From NCBI GenBank assembly GCA_011109175.1, contig RDEW01000053.1:288662-321661 (forward strand): a stretch of 33,000 bases of DNA. Direction: 5' to 3'. The notes under the pieces were generated by a model. That model worked only from the letters and a program-made list of their open reading frames with translations, was not told where the DNA came from and did not search any database. The DNA is from Dicyema japonicum (taxonomy: Eukaryota > Animalia > Dicyemida). This document shows, one piece after another, positions 32,560 to 33,000 of the stretch (positions are counted from its first letter, which is position 1; every line of letters begins with the position of its first letter). Both the position numbers and the translations under genes were made by a program.

Positions 32560-32935
32560 AACCTTTGCACTGCATTTCAGAGTCGACTGGTCTCACCCAG
32601 AGCGATGGCAAAGCCCCGACGGGATGACAATATTCCCTTTGGCTAATGGTCGGAACTTAGTTTGGTGCGCTTCGTGTATTGATACGTAGTCTTTGAAAAA
32701 TTTGCACACTTCAGTCTCGGACCCAGGTCATGCATATAAATAATCCGATGATCAGAAGAGAAGGAAGTACCAAAGAATTTCGGAGGATCATTTGTTCGTC
32801 CCTTTTGCTGTTGAGAGTTCAGGAATCCTTGGGCACGAGCGGACGATCTAGTTGTCGGATCGGCTCAATGATCCAAAAGGTTGCTACGATCTACGTGAGA
32901 CTGGATAGCTTCGAGAACGTATCTCGATAAGTATT
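32560..32935 (+). mobile_element. CRE-clade restriction-like endonuclease fragment
   Basis: PDGMTIFPLANGRNLVWCASCIDT..QKRRKYQRISEDHLFVPFAVESSGILG..RERISI. Confidence 0.85.
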
Positions 32936-33000
32936 GTCAGAAAAAATAGGCTGATGATACAAACTCCCTGTATTAATTTAATTATTTTTTATGATAAAAA

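Overview
AT-rich eukaryotic genomic DNA, not prokaryotic. Most of the window is a graveyard of decayed transposons: Jockey/I-like, RTE-like, CRE-like and R4/HERO-like non-LTR fragments, pogo/Tigger and Merlin DNA transposon remnants, and a ~200-bp SINE-like family. It also holds deleted rDNA remnants (18S, 28S) and a truncated beta-tubulin pseudogene. Three host genes are largely missed by the ORF track because they are cut by ultra-short GT-AG introns, mostly 21-29 nt: a REC8-type meiotic kleisin (1685-3327, +), a NAP1-family histone chaperone (~20930-22015, +) and a compact double-PHD + SAM protein (28674-29326, -, with one 1-nt frameshift). Metazoan-type genes, the standard genetic code and micro-introns suggest a genome-reduced parasitic animal such as a dicyemid; this is inference only. 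All protein assignments come from manual translation and motif recall, with no database searches. TE boundaries are approximate. There is one ambiguous base (N) at 31838.
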